A DNA stretch of 64,000 bases from NCBI GenBank assembly GCA_963739245.1, contig CAVTZP010000007.1:119845-183844 (forward strand). Reading direction: 5' to 3'. The translations under genes and the position numbers were made by a program. The first letter of the stretch is position 1, and each line of letters starts with the position of its first letter. The stretch is from an uncultured delta proteobacterium (GTDB taxonomy: Bacteria > Chloroflexota > Dehalococcoidia > Dehalococcoidales > BS750m-G39). The notes beneath the pieces are model-generated. The model saw nothing but the letters and a program-made list of their open reading frames with translations. It was not told the origin of the DNA and did not search any database. Of this stretch, positions 60,104 to 64,000 are shown piece by piece.

Positions 60104-60730
60104 CTAAACAAGTGGTTCTTCGGCTTCTATTTTTCTAGGTTGCAAAATATATAACGCTATTTCATGCATTTTCCCTAAAACCATAGCTAGTTCTTCAAAC
60201 TTTATTTCGTATTTTGAAATTACAACACCATCACCGTTTTTGGTAACAGTCAGCATTACTGGTTGACCTGGAGCTATCTCATCCTCTCGAATTAGCTTAT
60301 CCATATGCTCTATGGCATTTCGAACGTTTGAGACGGATCCACTTTTTGTTTCTACTAATTTTCTGAGTTCTCTTGGAAGGGCTAGTGATTCCTTTTCTGA
60401 TTTGATTCTCTCTAATAGCTTAAATAATCGTGAGACAGCATTAATGCAAGTCTCGATATGGTTTGTAAACGTAACGAAATACATACGCCGTCCATGTTTT
60501 TGCATTTCTTTTGCTGGGCGATTTGCTTCTGCTATGTCAGCAAGAATAGCTTTCCTCGCTTCGTGATATTCACCTAAGGCTTTATCTACAAGACGAATAA
60601 AGTTTCTTCGGTACAGCCCCGCTTTCCGCGTTAAGCCGGGTTCACCTATCATTACTTGAACAATCAGGCGGCCTATAAGAGAATCTAAACCTGACAAATC
60701 AGGCATTTTACATTCTGATGGAATTGCCAT
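60104..60730 (-). CDS. orphan hypothetical protein in a low-GC cassette; contains an R-N-x3-H motif (possible HEPN-like fold)
   Basis: GC is about 35-37% in my hand counts of 380 bp, against about 52-55% in the flanks. The ORF is open from 60772 (TTG), but a TGgTATAAT extended -10 box at 60767-60759 points to ATG 60730 (MAIPSECKMPDLSG...). The protein is predicted helix-rich and carries the motif SVSNVRNAIEHMDKLI. Confidence 0.55.
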   Translation of the reverse strand: MAIPSECKMPDLSGLDSLIGRLIVQVMIGEPGLTRKAGLYRRNFIRLVDKALGEYHEARKAILADIAEANRPAKEMQKHGRRMYFVTFTNHIETCINAVSRLFKLLERIKSEKESLALPRELRKLVETKSGSVSNVRNAIEHMDKLIREDEIAPGQPVMLTVTKNGDGVVISKYEIKFEELAMVLGKMHEIALYILQPRKIEAEEPLV

Positions 60731-60783
60731 AGCTTTGCTACAAAGTTTATATATCTTGATTATACCATGCAACTCGTTTATAA

Positions 60784-60866
60784 GGAGTGTTTAAGAGGGG
60801 CGAAAGCCCCTCTTTTATTTTCTTCCCCCTCTCCTTTGAAGGAGAGGGGGATTAAGGGGGTGAGGT
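60784..60866 (-). repeat. intergenic repeat, copy D (double-hairpin module, inverted relative to copies A and C)
   Basis: gtgtttaag-gaggggc-gaaa-gcccctc-ttttattttctt-ccccctctcc-tttgaa-ggagaggggg-attaagggggtgagg is the reverse complement of 55196-55280 with few changes. Confidence 0.85.
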
Positions 60867-60880
60867 TACAAGAATCTGCT

Positions 60881-60909
60881 TTGACACACCCACTAGCCGA
60901 TGCTATGAT
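60881..60909 (+). promoter_or_regulatory. sigma-70-type promoter TTGACA-17-TATGAT for the DUF2344 gene and tilS
   Basis: TTGACA at 60881-60886 and TATGAT at 60904-60909. AAGGAAAG then precedes ATG 60926. Confidence 0.6.
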
Positions 60910-60925
60910 GGCGAAAAGGAAAGAC

Positions 60926-61570
60926 ATGCAGCGACTACGAGTTAGATTCTGCCGAGGGGAAGAGATAAAGTTCATCTCCCATCTAGATATAATGCGCCTG
61001 TGGCAAAGAGCCCTAAATCGAGCCGGGATACCATTGGCTTACACTGAGGGATTTAGCCCCCACCCCAGAATATCGCTAGCCGCACCCCTTCAGGTGGGGA
61101 TAACCAGCCAGGCTGAGCTAATGGATATCTCTTGCACCAGATGGGTCTCTCCACACTTCTTCACTAACGCGGTAAACCAGCAATTGCCGCCCGGCATCAA
61201 GATACTACAGGTCTACCCGGTAGCCCCAACTATGCCCTCCCTGCAATCGCAGGTCAGCTACACCGAATATGAGGTTCAAATAGAAACAGAAAGGGATAAG
61301 GCGGATACAGAGTCAGTCCTTGCCTCTCTGCTATCGGCAAAGCAATTGCCCTGGCACCATGAGCGGGATACCGGAACCCACAGTTACGACCTGAGAGCAC
61401 TAATTGATGAACTGTGGCTTATTGACTGGCATAAAGGATATTGCACCATAGGCATGAGGTTACGCTGTGATAGCAGTGGTTCAGGCAGACCGGAGCAGGT
61501 GGCTGCCGCCCTGGGCTTCAGCTATCCCCATTCCATCCACCGCACCAAACTGATTCTAAAGACAAGCTAG
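60926..61570 (+). CDS. DUF2344 (TIGR03936) radical-SAM-associated protein
   Basis: MQRLRVRFCRGEEIKFISHLDIMRLWQRALNRAGIPLAYTEGFSPHPRISLAAPLQVG. The ORF track N-terminal extension translates the repeat and promoter. Confidence 0.7.
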   Translation: MQRLRVRFCRGEEIKFISHLDIMRLWQRALNRAGIPLAYTEGFSPHPRISLAAPLQVGITSQAELMDISCTRWVSPHFFTNAVNQQLPPGIKILQVYPVAPTMPSLQSQVSYTEYEVQIETERDKADTESVLASLLSAKQLPWHHERDTGTHSYDLRALIDELWLIDWHKGYCTIGMRLRCDSSGSGRPEQVAAALGFSYPHSIHRTKLILKTS

Positions 61571-61582
61571 CTGGGGGGGAGG

Positions 61583-63007
61583 ATGAACAGAGAAAGACAA
61601 CAATCACTTGAGAAGCGAGTGCTAGGCTTTATTCAGCAGCATCAGTTAACCTCAGGCAAGAAGCTGGTGGTAGCGGTGTCCGGCGGACCGGACTCGGTGT
61701 GCCTCCTGCACATCCTAGCCAAGCTTCAGAAGGAGCTAAAGGTAAGTCTACATGTGGCTCACCTCAACCACCAACTTCGGGGGATTGAATCTGAGGCTGA
61801 CGCTCAATATGTCTCCGACTTATCTCGCCAACTGGGTATCCCGGCTACTATAGAAGGGCGGGAGGTAAAAGGCTACCAAGCCAAGCACCGCCTTTCCCCA
61901 GAAGAAGCCGCTCGTGAGGTAAGATATAGCTTCCTGAGTGAGGTCGCAAAATCTATCGGCGCCGAGCGGGTGGCGGTGGGACATACCACGGATGACCACA
62001 TAGAGACAATACTGCTGCACCTCGTTAGGGGGACAGGAACCAGAGGGCTGCGGGGACTTCAGCCATATACCGAGTGGAAATCAAAGACCGGCAGCATTGT
62101 TGTTATCAGGCCCCTGCTCGAGGTAAGCCGCCGGGAGACCGAAGACTACTGCCAGAGCCATGAGCTTAAGCCCCGGATTGATGCCTCAAACATTTCTCTC
62201 TCCCCGTTAAGAAATAGGATTCGCCATCAGCTTTTGCCCCTGCTTAAGAGCTATAACCCCGGCATAGCTCAAGCCCTGCTCCGAACCGGTCGCATTGCCA
62301 GCGATGACATTGACTTCTTGGATAAAGAGGTTGCCCAACTATGGGATGAGGTTGCCCAAGAACAGCCGAACACCATTGTTTTAGACAAGAAAAAATTTGA
62401 CCGGTTGCCCCCCGCCCTGAAGCGATACCTGTTCCGGGCAGCGGCGGAAAGGCTTCTCGGCAGCGCTAAGGACATTGAAATGCGCCATATTGAAGAAATG
62501 ATGGCGGCGCTAAATAAGCCGGCGGGGAAGAGGCTCAGCCTACCCCGAGGCTTAATTTTCTCCATAGAGTACGATAGATACCTATTAGCCTCAGACCCCG
62601 CCGCCTTATCCCCCCTCCCCATTTTAAACGGCGAGCTTCAATTAAAGATTCCGGGCGAGACCCGGCTCCCGGGCTGGCACGTAAAGGCAACTATCATAAA
62701 CAGAGAAGATATGACCAAGAAGGACGAACTCACCACCTACCTCGACCTTGATAAGACGGGCGATAGGCTGCTGGTACGACCTCGCCAGCGAGGGGACAGG
62801 TTCCAGCCGCTGGGCTTAGACCAGCCCAAGAAGCTAGGGGAGTTTATGATAGACGCCAAAATCCCCCGCGCCTGGCGGCAGCAAGTTCCCCTTGTCTGCT
62901 CCCCCGAGCATATTATATGGGTGGTTGGCTGGCGGATAGACGAGCGGGTAAAGGTGAGCGAGGATACCAAAAAGGTTCTATGCTTGGAATTTAAGCGGGT
63001 AGATTGA
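61583..63007 (+). CDS. tilS: tRNA(Ile)-lysidine synthetase
   Basis: KLVVAVSGGPDSVCLLHIL (PP-loop SGGxDS), HLNHQLRG, and the C-terminal TilS domain (RPRQRGDRFQPLG...KKLGEFMIDAKIP). Confidence 0.9.
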   Translation: MNRERQQSLEKRVLGFIQQHQLTSGKKLVVAVSGGPDSVCLLHILAKLQKELKVSLHVAHLNHQLRGIESEADAQYVSDLSRQLGIPATIEGREVKGYQAKHRLSPEEAAREVRYSFLSEVAKSIGAERVAVGHTTDDHIETILLHLVRGTGTRGLRGLQPYTEWKSKTGSIVVIRPLLEVSRRETEDYCQSHELKPRIDASNISLSPLRNRIRHQLLPLLKSYNPGIAQALLRTGRIASDDIDFLDKEVAQLWDEVAQEQPNTIVLDKKKFDRLPPALKRYLFRAAAERLLGSAKDIEMRHIEEMMAALNKPAGKRLSLPRGLIFSIEYDRYLLASDPAALSPLPILNGELQLKIPGETRLPGWHVKATIINREDMTKKDELTTYLDLDKTGDRLLVRPRQRGDRFQPLGLDQPKKLGEFMIDAKIPRAWRQQVPLVCSPEHIIWVVGWRIDERVKVSEDTKKVLCLEFKRVD

Positions 63008-63013
63008 GGAGGC

Positions 63014-64000
63014 TTACATTATCCGTTTGAGTCTGGGATTGGGGGTGATGCCGGGGATTCTGCCCCGCTTGGCAATTGGCTTCCCTTCTATCTCATGCAG
63101 GTCAGCGGTAAAATCAATCGGCTTAGCCCCGCTGATATAGCTGCCGATGCCAAAGCCATCAACCGGCGCCCCCGACTCAACAAACTGCTTGATGCGCTCA
63201 ACATTAATGCCACCGCTAACAAAAATCTTGACCTTTTTGAAGCCAGCTAAATCAAGCCTGGCTCTGACCTCCCTGACCAGCCCAGGGGTAACCCCGCCCC
63301 GCTCCGGCGGGGTATCAAGACGAACCGCGTTAAGCTTCTCCCCCAGAGCCTTAGCCACCAGTATAGATTCCTCTGCCTCATCCTTAAAGGTATCAACCAA
63401 GGAAACGCGGGGAACTCCCGCCGGCGTATACTTATTAAAGGCCAAAGTCGCCTTAACTGTATCCCCAATAATCAAAATCAGGGCATGGGGTATCGTCCCC
63501 GCTGGCTCAATACCCGCCAGCTTCGCCCCGGCGATACTGGAGCAGCCAGCGCAACCGCCAATGATAGCTGAGTAATCCATTATCCCCGCCACCGAAGGGT
63601 GAACATGGCGAGCACCAAAGCTGACAACAGGTATCCCCTGGGCGGCTTCGACACACTCCCGGGCGGCAGTCGCCCAACCGCTACAGTGGGCCAAAATACC
63701 ATCTATCGCCGTTTCATATAACCCGTAGCTCTGATAGGGCGCAGTTATACGCAGCACTACTTCTTTTTCCGCCATGGCCTCACCCTCAGCCAGAGCCCAG
63801 ACCTCACACTTATCCTCAGGCAAAACACTAGAGAGCAAAGCCTTGACCTCCTCTATACCACAGAACACCCCCGCCCTGCTGGCGAATACCTCCATAGTCG
63901 CCACCGGGTTAAGCCCCTCACGGCGCAATATCTCCACAGTGCGGGCAAAGTAGATATCAGCCGTCTCCCCAGATAGTACTGCTTCAGGGGGTTCAAACTT
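63014..64000 (-). CDS. nicotinate phosphoribosyltransferase (archaeal/short type); the 5-prime end lies beyond the window
   Basis: The frame is open to position 64000 (...FEPPEAVLSGETADIYFARTVEILRREGLNPV...). FGARHVHP, GTIPHALI and VRLDTP...SGGI are type II PRTase features. Confidence 0.7.
   Translation of the reverse strand, partial: KFEPPEAVLSGETADIYFARTVEILRREGLNPVATMEVFASRAGVFCGIEEVKALLSSVLPEDKCEVWALAEGEAMAEKEVVLRITAPYQSYGLYETAIDGILAHCSGWATAARECVEAAQGIPVVSFGARHVHPSVAGIMDYSAIIGGCAGCSSIAGAKLAGIEPAGTIPHALILIIGDTVKATLAFNKYTPAGVPRVSLVDTFKDEAEESILVAKALGEKLNAVRLDTPPERGGVTPGLVREVRARLDLAGFKKVKIFVSGGINVERIKQFVESGAPVDGFGIGSYISGAKPIDFTADLHEIEGKPIAKRGRIPGITPNPRLKRIM

Overview
This 64-kb chromosomal window is dense with housekeeping genes and has about 52-55% GC by eye. 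Gene content is that of an anaerobic, Chloroflexota/Dehalococcoidia-like bacterium; that attribution is an inference from gene content and protein style and was not checked against any database.

Main content:
- **Cell envelope and central metabolism:** glmS and a glmU-like gene, a four-subunit 2-oxoacid:ferredoxin oxidoreductase operon followed by an ACT-domain protein, and a short pyruvate kinase.
- **Redox and regulation:** a PAS histidine kinase with a NarL-type regulator, next to a NuoE/NuoF/truncated-NuoG-like flavin/FeS module.
- **tRNAs:** Gly-CCC, His-GTG and Arg-TCG.
- **Translation and RNA processing:** rpsO-pnp and the nusA-ylxR-infB-rbfA-truB operon.
- **Biosynthesis:** dapB-asd-dapA, purA, lysA, and an ino1 / PimA-like / CDP-alcohol phosphatidyltransferase cluster.
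- **Other housekeeping genes:** plsX-trxA-trxB-rplI-dnaB-dnaD-dnaI, holB, and groES-groEL with a perfect CIRCE operator. tsaD, tilS and a nicotinate phosphoribosyltransferase close the window.

I saw no transposase, integrase, CRISPR array, Cas, restriction-modification or reverse-transcriptase genes.

Most noteworthy observations:
1. A GC-rich double-hairpin intergenic repeat family has four copies in the window. Two copies, in inverted orientation, bracket a single-gene low-GC cassette (about 36-38% GC). Its orphan protein carries an R-N-x3-H (HEPN-like) motif. This is my best candidate for something novel.
2. A T16A30 homopolymer palindrome lies between convergent genes.
3. Positions 14.3-25 kb carry a very high density of frameshifts, plus one in-frame stop, in essential genes. 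Sequence-quality problems are the more likely cause than biology.
4. The pyruvate kinase homolog lacks the B (lid) domain.
5. An unannotated 45-aa zinc-ribbon ORF has its own strong promoter.
6. A terminator-like hairpin sits in the nusA leader.

All product calls rest on my recognition of translated motifs. No searches were run.
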